From Eledone cirrhosa (taxonomy: Eukaryota), in NCBI GenBank assembly GCA_964016885.1, contig OZ024742.1, positions 14,880,001 to 14,944,000 on the forward strand: DNA of 64,000 bases. The letters run 5' to 3'. A program made the translations under genes and the position numbers. This document shows, piece after piece, positions 27,720 through 40,096 of this stretch. The first letter of the stretch is position 1. The number at the start of each line of letters is the position of its first letter. The notes beneath the pieces were generated by a model, which was given only the letters and a program-made list of their open reading frames with translations, ran no database searches and was not told the origin of the DNA.

Positions 27720-28612
27720 TGATGTTAAGCTGTACCTTGAGATAAAAAGGACAGATCCCATATGCTATAGATCTTTGCTCCAATCAGGCCTGGACACAAT
27801 GCAGCAATGGATTATGGACTGGCAACTCAAGCTGGCTGTGGACAGGTGTACCACCATGCATTTTGGGGGGAACAACCCAGTGCTCACATATTCCCTCCAC
27901 AATACCAATCTCAAGAAGTCTTGTGAATGTGACCTGGGCATTATTGTCCATAGCGATTTGCATTGGACAAAGCACATCTCTAAAATTGTCAAGAAGGCCA
28001 AATGTGTTTTAGCATCATTTACTAAGACCTTTGTCATCTGCTCTCCAGCTATCTATGTAAAACTGTATATAGCTATGGTATGTACACACTTAGAATTTGC
28101 ATCACCAGTCTGAAACCCCTATCTTGCTCAGAATATTGATCTCTTGGAAACTTCCAAGATGTGCAACCAAATGAATACCCTCCATCAGGTATCTACCATA
28201 CTTTGAATGCCTTACTTCCCTGGGCAATTATACATTAAAGCTCTGATGTCTGGCAACTTACTTAGACACTCACAAGATTATTAACCATCTTTCCAACAAC
28301 TCTGAGCACCTTTTTGAATTCCATGTGTCTAACACCCGGAGACATGCTTACAAAATCAGAAAATAGTACAGCTCCCATGACTTTTAGAAACATTTTTTCA
28401 CACTCAGAGTTGCTGAAGCATGGAACAAACTATCTGCATCAGTTGTTAGCTGTTGGGACACTGCATCCTTTAAAACTTCCATGCTGCTCAATATTTGCCA
28501 ACACTACACCTGATACCCCCCCCCCCCCCATATTTATATCATGACTCACACACTGTTCACTTTCCTGACATTTGTACATTATTCTATGTACTATACATGC
28601 ACCTTTGATGAG
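27720..28612 (+). mobile_element. Decayed CR1/L2-group LINE 3' fragment
   Basis: LQSGLD...W...WQLKL...C..MHFG, DLGIIV.SDL.W..HI, LY...V..HLEFASPVW; the same 3' UTR recurs at 3100-3290 (-), and the tail following that copy recurs at 49545-49592 (+). Confidence 0.85.
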
Positions 28613-28728
28613 TTATTAATAATAGTTGAAAAATCAGGTAGTATAAACCTAGAAATGGAGGCAACCACAGTAAGTAAGGTACTCAATACATTAGTAGAGT
28701 GTAAACATCGTATTTAATATAGAAATGG

Positions 28729-28776
28729 CTTCTACAGGACTAGAACTGTTTCATTAAAAAAAAAATCATCAGGAAA
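28729..28776 (-). ncRNA. Type I hammerhead ribozyme-like motif
   Basis: Minus strand TTTC-CTGATGA-T10AAT-GAAACAG-ttctagtc-CTGTA-GAAG; weak stem II. Confidence 0.45.
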
Positions 28777-29405
28777 GGGCTTTGCTAATTATTTATTTTG
28801 AATTAAACAGTTCTAGTCCTGTAAATGTCATTTCTATATTAAATATTACATATATCATATGCTATCTTTATAGCACTCTCTTTAAACATATATATATATA
28901 CATATATTCTCAGTGCATCAAAAGCCGAAAATTCAGCTTCATACATTGTTTGTTTACACACAGATGTTTGTCAGTCTGCCTGCTGACATCTGAAAGCTGC
29001 TGTCCAGTTATATATAGTTAAAATGTCAGGAAGAAGTTTGTCATTGGTTCCTTAGCTTAAAGGGTAAAGCATCTTGGGGTTCTTCATAGTGCTCATTGGC
29101 AAATTCCTTTTCTGTTTTTTAAGGATCTTCACCCTATTTTATAGCATTTCTGCACTTGAGCACTCTCTTTATACTTATATATATATATATATACATATCA
29201 TTTTAATTTTTTTCATTTTACGTCTGTTTTTCCCTATATATGAAAAAGTCAGGACCCCGACAGCAGAGCTCTTGCCCCTTCAACGGCTAGTTCCATATAT
29301 ATATGTATATATATCATCATCATCATCATCATACGTCCTTGCAAGGGTGGGACGGGTCCTATTCAGGACAGCATCTCTCCACTTGTCATGGTCCTTCGTC
29401 ATCGT

Positions 29406-29437
<32 letters not shown>

Positions 29438-30329
29438 TAGAACACTGGAAGGTAATATCCGTAGTGGTAGAGCACTCAGTCCATGGGACGAGTTTGGTAG
29501 AAGTAGTAACACAGCAGTTAGTTCACCCCATACTGAGAACAATTGTTTTACCTTCTGAAACAATTGTTATGGTGAACTAACTGTTGTGTTACTACTTATA
29601 TATATATATATATATATATGAATGTATATATAGTGTATTTTGCAATACACTGTATGCTTAATTAAAAGCATTTCGAAGACCTTATGCTATTGTTTTAGAG
29701 TAGTGACAGTCTCACTTACTTTAAATTTTCAGAAAACAGGGGAGATAAAGCTGACAGAGCTATGTTTCATACTGATTGGTACTTATCAAAGCCAAGTACT
29801 CCACCTGTTTGCTGAAAATCATGAATGTTGATTCTTATAGAATTTCTAGGAATAACCAGGAACTGATTATACAGAGTGGTTGCCGGTCAAGCAGAAATTG
29901 AAAATTAGAATTGGCACTCTGAAATAGCGATATATATATGAATGTATATATAGTGTATTTTGTAATACACTGTATGCTTAATTAAAAGCATTTCGAAGAC
30001 CTTATGCTATTGTTTTAGAGTAGTGACAGTCCCACTTACTTTAAATTTTCAGCAAACAGAGCGCCAATTCTAATTTTCAATTTCTGCTTGACCGGAAACC
30101 GCTCTGTATAATCAGTTCCTGATTATTACTAGAAATTCTATAAGAATCAAACATTCATGATTTTCAGCAAACAGATGGAGTACTTGGCTTTGATAAGTAC
30201 CAATCAGTATGGAACATAGCTCTGTCAGCTTTATCTCCCCTGTTTGCTGAAAATTTAAAGTAAGTGAGACTGTCACTACTCTAAAACAATAGCATAAGGT
30301 CTTCGAAATGCTTTTAATTAAGCATACAC

Positions 30330-32183
30330 ATTGGAGATAAATGTGTCCGGGATGATGCCGGTGTACTTAGTGTCACGAATGATCAGAATGATCATTATGA
30401 GAGACTGATGAATGTGGAGAAAAAATGGGAGAGAGAGAAATTACCCTTGGTAGATCCGACAGAGGGACCAGCTATTGAGATTGACGAATATAGAGTCCAA
30501 GAGGCGATTAGGGAAATGAAAAATGGTAAGGCTGCCGGACCATCGGGAATAGTTGCTGAGATACTGAAGGCATCAGGGGACGGAGGCACTAAACTGGTTG
30601 CACGCATCATCAATCAGGCTATATATGGTGGTGTCATACCCAAAGACTGGTGCAGCAGTATTCTCATAAATTGCTACAAAGGTAAAGGGGATGCTCTGGA
30701 GAGGAGCAATTATAGGGGTATAAAACTGATAGATCAGGTTATTAAAATGGTAGAAAGGATTTTAGCACAACTAATTAGAGAAAGGGTCAAACTAGATGAG
30801 ATGCAGTTTGGTTTTGTGCCTGGGAAGAGTACAACAGATGCCCTCTTCTTGGTGAGACAATTGCAAGAGAGGTTCTTAGAGAAGAATAAGCCACTATACT
30901 TAGCCTTTGTTGACCTAAAGAAGGCCTTTGATAGGGTACTCCGATCTGTCATCTGGTGGTCCCTAAGAAAGCTAGGTGTTGAGGAATGGCTTGTGAGGAC
31001 AGTGCAAACTTTGTACAGAGGTACTCTCAGTAAAGTCAGGGTAGGAGTGGAGTTTAGTGAGGAATTCCAGATACAAGTAGGAGTACATCAGGGTTCGGTC
31101 CTCAGCCCGCTCTTGTTCATTATAGTCCTCCAAGCCATAACAGAGGAGTTTAAGACTAGCTGTCCATGGGAACTTCTCTATGCTGACGATCTGGTTCTTA
31201 TAGCAGAATCAGTAGAGGAGCTAGAGAATAAATTCTGGCTATGGAAACAGCAGTTGGAAGCAAGAGGACTGAGAGTGAACCTAGCTAAGACAAAAGTGTT
31301 GATGAGTAGAAAAGAGGACAAAACCCTGATTCCGTCAGGGAAATGGCCATGTTCGATATGCAGAAAAGGAACTGGCATAAATTCTATAAAATGCACACAA
31401 TGCAGATCCTGGGTACACAAGAGATGTAGCGGGATAGCAGGCAAACTAACAGGTAGGGAGAAATATGTATGCAGTAGATGTACAGGGAAATTAGACAGTA
31501 GAAGTCGCATTGATAGACACATTTTTCAAATGCAGGAGGGCGCTATAGAAGTGGTGGATAGCTTCCGGTACCTAGGAGATCAGATTAGCATGGGAGGAGG
31601 GTGTTCCGAGGCCATAGTATCTAGAATAAGGACGGGTTGGAAGAAGTTTAGGGAGCTGCTTCCTCTGTTGACGAAGAAGGGTTTCTCCCTGCGTACGAAA
31701 GGCCGGTTGTATGATGCCTGTGTGAGGAGCGCGATGCTGCATGGTAGTGAGACATGGGCAGCAACCGCAGAGGATATGCGACGGCTGGAGAGAAATGAGG
31801 CAAGCATGCTCCGTTGGATGTGCAGTGTAAATGTGCGTGAACGACCCAGCATAAATGTATTCAGAGAGAAACTGTGTCTGAGAGGGATAGAATCTAGTGT
31901 GCGAGAGAGGAGACTGAGGTGGTATGGACATGTGATGCGCATGGAGGATGACCGATGGGTGAAGAAGTGCCAGGAAATGCCAGTTGAAGGAAGACGTGGT
32001 AGAGGTAGACCACGAAAAACATGGGCAGAGGTGGTGATAACAGACCTCAGATCATTGAAGCTCACGGTGGAGATGACGAAGGACCGTGACAAGTGGAGAG
32101 ATGCTGTGCTGAATAAGACCCGTCCCACCCTTGCAAGCAGGGAAGAGCGGGCATAAAATGATGATGATGATGATGATGATGAT
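30330..32183 (+). mobile_element. RTE LINE subfamily A, 5'-truncated, RT open
   Basis: 582-aa ORF near-identical to the 17185 copy; YADD; (ATG)n tail. Confidence 0.95.
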
Positions 32184-32207
32184 TTCAGAGCACCAATTCT
32201 AATTTTA

Positions 32208-32238
<31 letters not shown>

Positions 32239-32388
32239 CGCACACATATATATTCACACACACATATATCAGGAGGGACAGAATACAGAAAGAAACAAAT
32301 TAAAACGGTAAACAGATAGACAAAAAGAATAGAAAAAGGAAATAAATTGACAGATAAACATCAATTGTGTTTCAATAATAATTTATTG

Positions 32389-32688
32389 TTATAATGACAT
32401 ATTTTCATCTTTAGTGATGAATTCAAGGCATTTTGTTAACCAGTCCCGAGAATCCCTGAATTTATAATATGGTAGACTATCTTGTAGGATGGAAAAGAAT
32501 TGATGCAGTCTATTGTAACGCATATCTAAGTTAAACTTGCATGCTTTCTGTAGCTTCCGTAGGCACACAGGACATAAGAATATCGGTTGCATCATGGCTT
32601 CTTCTAAAGATGTGCTGTTGTTCATCAGGCAAGAATATATGTCGCAATGAAGTAGACCAAAGAGATGGCAGCTTTCATGAACTGTTAC
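32389..32688 (-). CDS. AMZ2: Archaemetzincin coding exon 2 with zinc site (VHESCHLFGLLHCDIYSCLMN...LCPVCLRKLQ)
   Basis: HExxHxxGxxHCx4CxMx17CxxC archaemetzincin signature; TTTCTAG acceptor, phase 0; stop at 32389 followed by AATAAA on the minus strand. Confidence 0.92.
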   Translation of the reverse strand, partial: VTVHESCHLFGLLHCDIYSCLMNNSTSLEEAMMQPIFLCPVCLRKLQKACKFNLDMRYNRLHQFFSILQDSLPYYKFRDSRDWLTKCLEFITKDENMSL

Positions 32689-32720
32689 CTAGAAATATAT
32701 AAAGTATTAGGATCAGTCAT

Positions 32721-33277
32721 TATCACCACTACCACCCCACCACCATCACCACCACCACCACCACCAACAACACCACCACCACCACACTACACCACCACTA
32801 CCACCCCACCACCATCACCACCACCACTACCCCCCCCCCCCCCCCCCATCACCACCACCACCACCACCACACTACACCACCACCACTACCCCCCCCCCCA
32901 TCACCACTACCACCCTACCACCACCATCACCACTACCACCCCACCCCCACCATCATTACCGCCACCAACATCACCACTACCACCCCCACCACCATCATCA
33001 CAACCGCCACCACCAGCAACATCACCACCACCACTACCACCCCACCACCACCAGCAGTACTATCACCACCATCACCACCACCACTATCAACACTACTACC
33101 CTCACCATCACCACTACCACCCCACCGCCATCACCACTACCACCATCATCACCACCACCAACATCACCACTACCACCCCCACCAACATCACCACCACCAC
33201 CAGCATCACCACCACTTCCACCACCATCATCACAACCACCACCACCAGCAACACTACCACCATCATCACCACCACCA
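32721..33277. repeat. Degenerate (CCA)n microsatellite in the AMZ intron
   Basis: Seen directly. Confidence 0.9.
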
Positions 33278-34273
33278 AAATATTTAAGCTTAGCGTTTTT
33301 AGGTTTGTTTTTAAATGAAATTAGTATCAATAGAGAAAGGGTTCGTCCCATTCAAATTTGACACTTAATGAACCAAATCTAAGCTGTCAACATTCTGTCT
33401 GAAATATGTCAGCTAGCAGGTAAATATCAAGCTTTAGTTTATGAAACTCCTATATTATTTTCAATAACCACTTCCCATAAAAACTGATCTACATACATTA
33501 GTCTTTCAAATATACAGTTACATCCCCCAAAATAAATATTATTTGACAAAACAGTTAAGTCTTTAGCTCACATCATGCGCTGCTTTTCAATTTACGGCCT
33601 CTTTATAACATATACTACAGGCCCTGCATCAACCTAATCTGGACCTGGATAAACAAAAACCTTTAACCCTTTAGAATTTGTATTACTCTATATATACTAT
33701 TGTATTTTCATAGTAAAGGCTTTATCTCACATAATTATCTCACATGATATCGAATCTATGAGATTTTGATATTATTTATTTTGAGAACAATTATGTTTGA
33801 GAACCATAACATTGGTATGAGTGGCCAGTTACAGCCAGTTTGAACAGAAAGAAGTGAGAGAATTCTGGCCAGATACAGCTAGTTTAAATGCTAAAAGGTT
33901 AATGTATAATCTTGTTAGAACTAGTTAAATATTTTAAGTCTAAGATCTGTAGAGTGGCAGTAAGTTTCTAGCAATTCACATATTTGCTTCTTGGATGAAC
34001 AATTTCATTTCCCCTTCATATTTGAGAATAGACACACCAGATCCCTACATATTGTATAGGCAACTAAAAGGGTTGGCATTAAGAAGAGTATCTATCTGTA
34101 AAATGTCTTAAACCATCCTGACTAATCCATGCCAGCATGGGAAAGTTAACTTTAAAAATGATGATGATGTATGCCTGCAATATTTGGCCATAATCTATAG
34201 AACAACAACAAAAACAGGGTAGGTTGTCTTGCTCATGTCACACTACATACAAAAAGTGTTTTTATGCTAGAAA

Positions 34274-34465
34274 TAATTGTTTCTACTTTTGGCACAAGGC
34301 CAGAAATTATCCCAGTGCATTACTGGTACTTTATTTTATTGACCCCGTAAGGATGAAAGGCAAAGTTAACCTCGGCGGGATTTGAACTCAGATCATAAAG
34401 GGAGGTAACTCTATGCTTCAAAGCATGGCATCCGACCCTCTACCGATACTGCCAATCCACCGCCC
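34274..34465 (-). mobile_element. tRNA-derived SINE family 2 (Nin/Deu-like central domain); further copies near 1820, 6855, 14240, 20064, 23245, 35820, 36027, 36425, 38400, 38490, 46620, 56230, 56540, 60210
   Basis: TGGCAGTATCGGTAGA A box, GAGTTCAAATCCC B box, GCCTTTCATCCTTACGGGGTCGATAAAATAAAGTACCAG block resembling the Nin/Deu domain. Confidence 0.85.
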
Positions 34466-34670
34466 TTTTATGCTAGAAATAATGGTCCACAGAATGTGAC
34501 AGGATATTGTCTTTTCAGTTAGTAATAAGAAACTCTCAGGAGAGATGGACAGCAGGAGGTCTTCAGAGAAGAAACCCCCCACCTCAAGTGAGTGTTTCAG
34601 CTATTAAATTCTCAACTACAGCAATTCTAAATTATAGCTTCAAATACCAACAAACTCATAAATTATTTAC

Positions 34671-35420
34671 CTTGAGCATTTTCCATATTAAACTTTCATC
34701 AACTTCCGTTATATCATACACTGATTGTCCAGTTTCAAACAAGAGAGGTTCAAATCTACCAAAGCAAAAAACACCCGACTTGTGTTGAAAGGAAGATTCT
34801 CCTAGACTGAAATTCAAATCATCTTCTGGATACAAATCAGTCCAAGTTATTCCTAGAATACAATGACCATCTTTTGGGAGTTTTTTTCTTAGAAACGGAA
34901 AAAAACTTGAAGAAAGATACTGCTTTTGTCCAGTGATTGAGTGGACACGACCTTTGATTCCAAAATTCTCTGAATCTCTGAAGAGTGGAAGACAAATATT
35001 GACATCAAAACCAAGAAAATATATTTGAGTGAATTCTCGAAGAAGGGTGAATAAATCCATTTCAGTATTTCCAAAGTCAAACATATATTTTAATATAAAA
35101 TCAGGGAATTCTCCAAGGGGCTGTAGATAGATAATGGACTTCATGGGGAAAATGCACTGGCACTGGTTACGAACATCATGTGTCTCCCAAAGAACTTTCC
35201 AACGTATGTATGGTTGTTCCAACATGTAAACATTTGCATTGTGAATTTTCTGTACAAACAATTCATTGTCTGAGCTGTTATCTAACACAGAATAACTAAG
35301 AGAATACAACTTTCTTTCTATAGCTGCTTTGTTTTCAAGATTCCCAATAAGGAACTTCATCTTTTTCTTTCTATTTAATGTCCAAGGACACATAAAACTG
35401 GAATTGCTGTCTTTTGACAT
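34671..35420 (-). CDS. AMZ2: Archaemetzincin (AMZ2-like, peptidase M54), coding exon 1
   Basis: IYLQPLGEF, LPKDGHCILGITWTDLYPEDDLNFSLGES and GVFCFGRF match archaemetzincin motifs; GTAAAT donor at 34670; first in-frame ATG after an upstream stop is at 35420 (start uncertain). Confidence 0.85.
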
Positions 35421-36346
35421 TTTGGCAGAATGATTTGTCTCTCTTTCACTTTTTTCTTTTTTTCTTTTTTTTAACTTTTTTGACAAATTTTTCTTGTCTT
35501 CCCACAAAAGTACTTCTTTTCTTCATGAAAGTTGTAAAATATCTGAAATATGAAAGCAAATGATAATTATTTCTAATTTTGGCAGAAAGGCACAAATATT
35601 TAAAGAGAGGAAACAGGGAAGGCAACCAATTGGATCAACCCCAATACCTCATTGACATTATACCAACTGTGGAAGAATAGAATGAAAGAAAAAGTTGACC
35701 TCAACAAGATTTGATGTCAGCAAATAATTATTTTTAAATGTATCTTGCATGGCCTTTAGTCTAGAGTAGTTAATCATTTCTACCATGACACTGTCTTTAT
35801 TATAATAACCTGGCAGTATCATTAGCGCATTGGACAACATGCTTTGTAGCATATAGTTACGTCCTTTTACATACTGAGTTCAAATCTCACCGAGGTTAGC
35901 TTTGCCTTTCATCCTTACAGGGTCGATAAATTAAAGTAGCAGTAACATACTGTGGGTTCGATCTAATCGACTTTACTCTCCCCACAAAATTGTTGGCCTT
36001 GAGCCTAAATCAGAAACCATTGTAATAATTGTTTCTACTTTAGGCACAAGGCCAGCAATTATCCAGTGCATTACTGGTACTTTATTTTATCGACCCCGTA
36101 AGGATGAAAGGCAAAGTCAACCTCGGCGGGATTTGAACTCAGATTGTAAAGGGACATAACTATGCTGGAAAGCATGGCGTCCGACCCTCTACCGATACTA
36201 ATGATGATGTGGTCTAGATAGGCTGAGGAAGACGAGCAGAAATGATGAAAGCTGATCTAAAGATGCTGAATCTCAACAAGGAGATGACAAATGGAAAGAT
36301 ATTGCATTAGAAAGGACTTATCTAACCCATGTAATACACACACACA

Positions 36347-36418
<72 letters not shown>

Positions 36419-36660
36419 TGATGAGGGTGGTGGATTGGCAGTATCGGTAGAGAGTTGGATGCCATGCTTTGCACCATAGAGTTACGGCCCTTTATGATCT
36501 GAGTTCAAATCCCGCCGAGGTTAACTTTGCCTTTCATTCTTACGGGGTCGATAAAATAAAGTACCAGTCACACACTGGGGTCGATTTAATCGACTTTCCC
36601 CTCCCCCCAAATTGCTGGTCTTGTGCCTATATAAGAAACCATTATTTGTCATTATATAAT

Positions 36661-38385
36661 TGATCTAGATGAAATGCAGTTCGGGTTTGTGTCAGGTAAA
36701 AGTACAACAGACGCTCTTTTCATTGTACAACAACTACAGGAGAAGTACCTAGCTAAAAGTAAACCCCTCTACTTAGCTTTTGTAGACTTGGAGAAAGCCT
36801 TTGACAGAGTCCCCCGCTCGATTATCTGGTGGGCCCTTAGAAAACTAGGTGTTGATGAATGGCTCGTGGGAGCTATACAAGCCATGTATAAAGAAACAGT
36901 CAGCAAGGTTAGAATTAACAACGAATATAGTGAAGAGTTTAGCGTAAAAGTTGGTGTTCATCAGGGCTCCGTTCTTAGCCCCCTACTATTTATTATTGCC
37001 CTTCAGGCTATAACAGAGGAGCTCAAGACCGGCTGCCCATGGGAACTCCTATATGCAGATGATCTAACGCTCATAGCTGAATCAATGGCTGAACTAGAGA
37101 AGAAATTCCAAACATGGAAGCATGGCCTAGAATCAAAAGGCCTTAAAGTTAACTTGTCTAAGACTAAAGTTCTAGTTTGTAGGAAGGAAAATAGGGCACC
37201 GGTCCCATCTGGGAAATGGCCATGCTTAGTGTGTAGGAAAGGAGTAGGTAGAAACTCCATTTTATGTCCCAAATGTAAAGTATGGGTGCATAAAAGATGT
37301 AGTGGGATCACAGGTAAGCTAACTAAGAATATAGATTTTATATGTGGCCGCAATAAGTAGCAGCAAGTGCCCACAGAATACTAACTCATTCCATTGCACA
37401 GATGGTTCTATAGAAATAGTAAACAGCTTCCGTTACCTGGGTGACAAAATCAGCAGTGGGGGAGGGTGCTCTGAAAGTACAGTAGCTAGAGTCAGAACGG
37501 GATGGAAAAAGTTCAGAGAGCTTATACCACTATTGGCCGCTAAAGGGTTCTCTCTAAAAATGAAAGGCAGGCTGTATGATGCCTGCATACGAACAACAAT
37601 GTTACATGGCAGTGAGACCTGGGCATTGTGTGCAGAGGATATACGCAGACTGGAGAGAAACGAAGCTTGCATGCTCCACTGGATGTGTAATAGTAATATA
37701 CGTGAACGGCAAAGCATAAACGAACTAAGGGAAAAATTAGGAATAAGAGGATCAGATGTTGTTTACTTGAGAGAAGACTACGTTGGTATGGTCACGTGAT
37801 GCGCATGAAAGACGACAGCTGTATAAAAAAGTGCAGGGCAATAAAAATAGACGGTAGCCACGGAGTAGGCAGACCCAGAAAAACCTGGGACGACTTGATA
37901 AATTCCGACCTCACACACTTACACCTCTCCAAGACAATGTCACTGGACCGAGATCTTTTGCGTTACACAGTAATAGAGAAGACCCGCCTTACCTAAGTGC
38001 AAAGTGAAACCTACTACAGTCAGTAGGCACCTCTAACAAAATACACCCCGTCCCACTACCCCCACCCCATCCACACCACCCCTTTCAATGTAAAGTTATG
38101 TTGGTACCACAACATCAAGTCCAAAACAAATGAGGTCGTGTAGGTGTCACGACAAAAAAACACACAGTCCACGCTGTAATGTGGCCGTGTAGGTAACACG
38201 GTAAAAACCTCCCACTTCCACACTGTAAATGTGGTTGGTGTTAGGAAGGGCATCCAGCCGTAGAAAACCCGCCAGACAGTCCTATGCGAGCAAGACAACC
38301 ACTCTTGCCTCAAGTGGGAAAACTCCCGTCCAAACCCATGCAAGCGTGGAATATGGATGTTAAACGATGATGATGATGATGATGA
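36661..38385 (+). mobile_element. RTE LINE subfamily B, truncated and frameshifted, with long 3' UTR
   Basis: RT motifs (QFGF, DLEKAFDRV, YADD), PHD cysteines, GRPRKTW, ~390-bp 3' UTR ending in (ATG)n. Confidence 0.93.
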
Positions 38386-38908
38386 GGATGATATAAATAA
38401 TTGTTTCTACATTTGGCACAAGGCCAGCAATTACTCAGTGCATTACTGGTACTTTATTTTATCGACCCCGTATAAATAATGTATGTTTGGTGGATTGGCA
38501 GTATCGGTAGAGGGTCGGCCGCCATGCTTTGCAGCAGAGAGTTACGGCCCTTTATGATCTGAGTTCAAATCCTGCCGAGGTTAATTTTGCCTTTCATCCT
38601 TACGGGGTCAATAATATAAAGTACCAGTAATACACTGAGATAATTGCTGACTTGTGCCAAAAGTAGAAACAATTATTTATCATTATATAAATGATAAATA
38701 AATATGAGAAAGAGAGATAAAAGCAAAGTTAAGTAATAAGAAAGGGTGTAGGAAGAGCAGAGCTGGCTGTATGGGGGGAAATAGAGGAAAGGACTATGAA
38801 AGCCATAAATGAAAGGAAAAACAAGAACTCAGGGCCACAGAAGAAAGTGATGGGATCTGGGCCTAGGGTTAATAAAGAAATAATTATATAAATTGTGTTT
38901 ATATATAC

Positions 38909-39390
38909 CTACAGTCAGTAGGCCCCACCAACCAAACACACCCAACCCACTACCCCACTCCCTCCTCCCACTCCCGCCAACACCACCCTTTCTCTATAAA
39001 GTTATGTTGGTATCACAACGTCCAGTCCAAACTAACGAGATTGTGTAGGTAACACAGTAAAAAGTTCCCAGTCCACACTGTAAAGAGGTCGTGTAGGTAA
39101 CACGGTAAAAAGCTCCCAGTCCACGCTGTAAAGAGGTCGTGTAGGTAACACGGTAAAAAGCTCCCAGTCCACACTGTAAAGAGGTCGTGTAGGTAACACG
39201 GTAAAAAGCTCCCAGTCCACACTGTAAATGTGGTTGGTGTTAGGAAGGGCATCCAGCCGTAGAAAACCTGCCAGATAGTCCTATACGAGCGAGACACAGT
39301 CACCTGACCAGTCTTACCTTAAGTGGGACAACTCCTGTCTAACCCATGCAAGCATGGAAGATGGACATTAAATGATGATGATGATGATGT
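38909..39390 (+). mobile_element. RTE-B 3' UTR fragment with internal 48-bp tandem amplification
   Basis: Matches the RTE-B UTR; about 4 copies of a 48-bp unit at 39045-39230. Confidence 0.8.
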
Positions 39391-40096
39391 ACACATAATA
39401 AATGTACTGTTGTTTAACATGAAAGACACATTGTGAGCTGGCACAAAAATAAGAAAGAAAAAAGGTAAGAAATAAAAAGTGAGAATGAAAGAAAGGTGGT
39501 GGCGATGGTGGAAGGTAGTAAATTATAGTTTTGTTGATTGGACAAACCCATACATGCAGCAAACTGATCGACCTGAGAAAACAATAAACAGTTTAACAAC
39601 AATGCTTCAGGTGTAGTGTAGTGTAATACCACTGACCAATGTGTTAATTGTCACTCCATGGACTTTAATTGTGTGTGTAGAGAGAGGGAGGAGAATGAGT
39701 GAGTGAAGGGGAAAGAGAAAGAGGAGTGAATGAGTGAAAGAGGGTGTGTGGGGAGAGTGAGTGAGGGGAAAGAGTGAGTGAAAGAGAGAGAGAGAGAGTG
39801 AGTGAGTGAGAGAAGAGGGGGAGTGGAGAGGGAGAGAGAGAAAAGTGGGGGTGGCGGATAAATGATAAGTTTACACATTAGTATAATAAACTTGCTTGAA
39901 CTTTCTTGATTAAAGGTATCCATTCTCAAAGCAATCAGCTTTTCGGAGAGGTTGAGGTACCTTGTGTTGTTGTATTCACACCTTCCCCAAGGTCATTACA
40001 AGTGTGAATGTCACGAGTTAGTTGTTGCTAGGAATAAATATTTGAATGTTTTAAAATAGTATTATATCTCTCTAACAGTATATATACACATATTAT

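Noticed and set aside
32665-33351. Pro/Thr/His-rich and Gly-rich ORFs
   Set aside because: (CCA)n microsatellite within the AMZ intron
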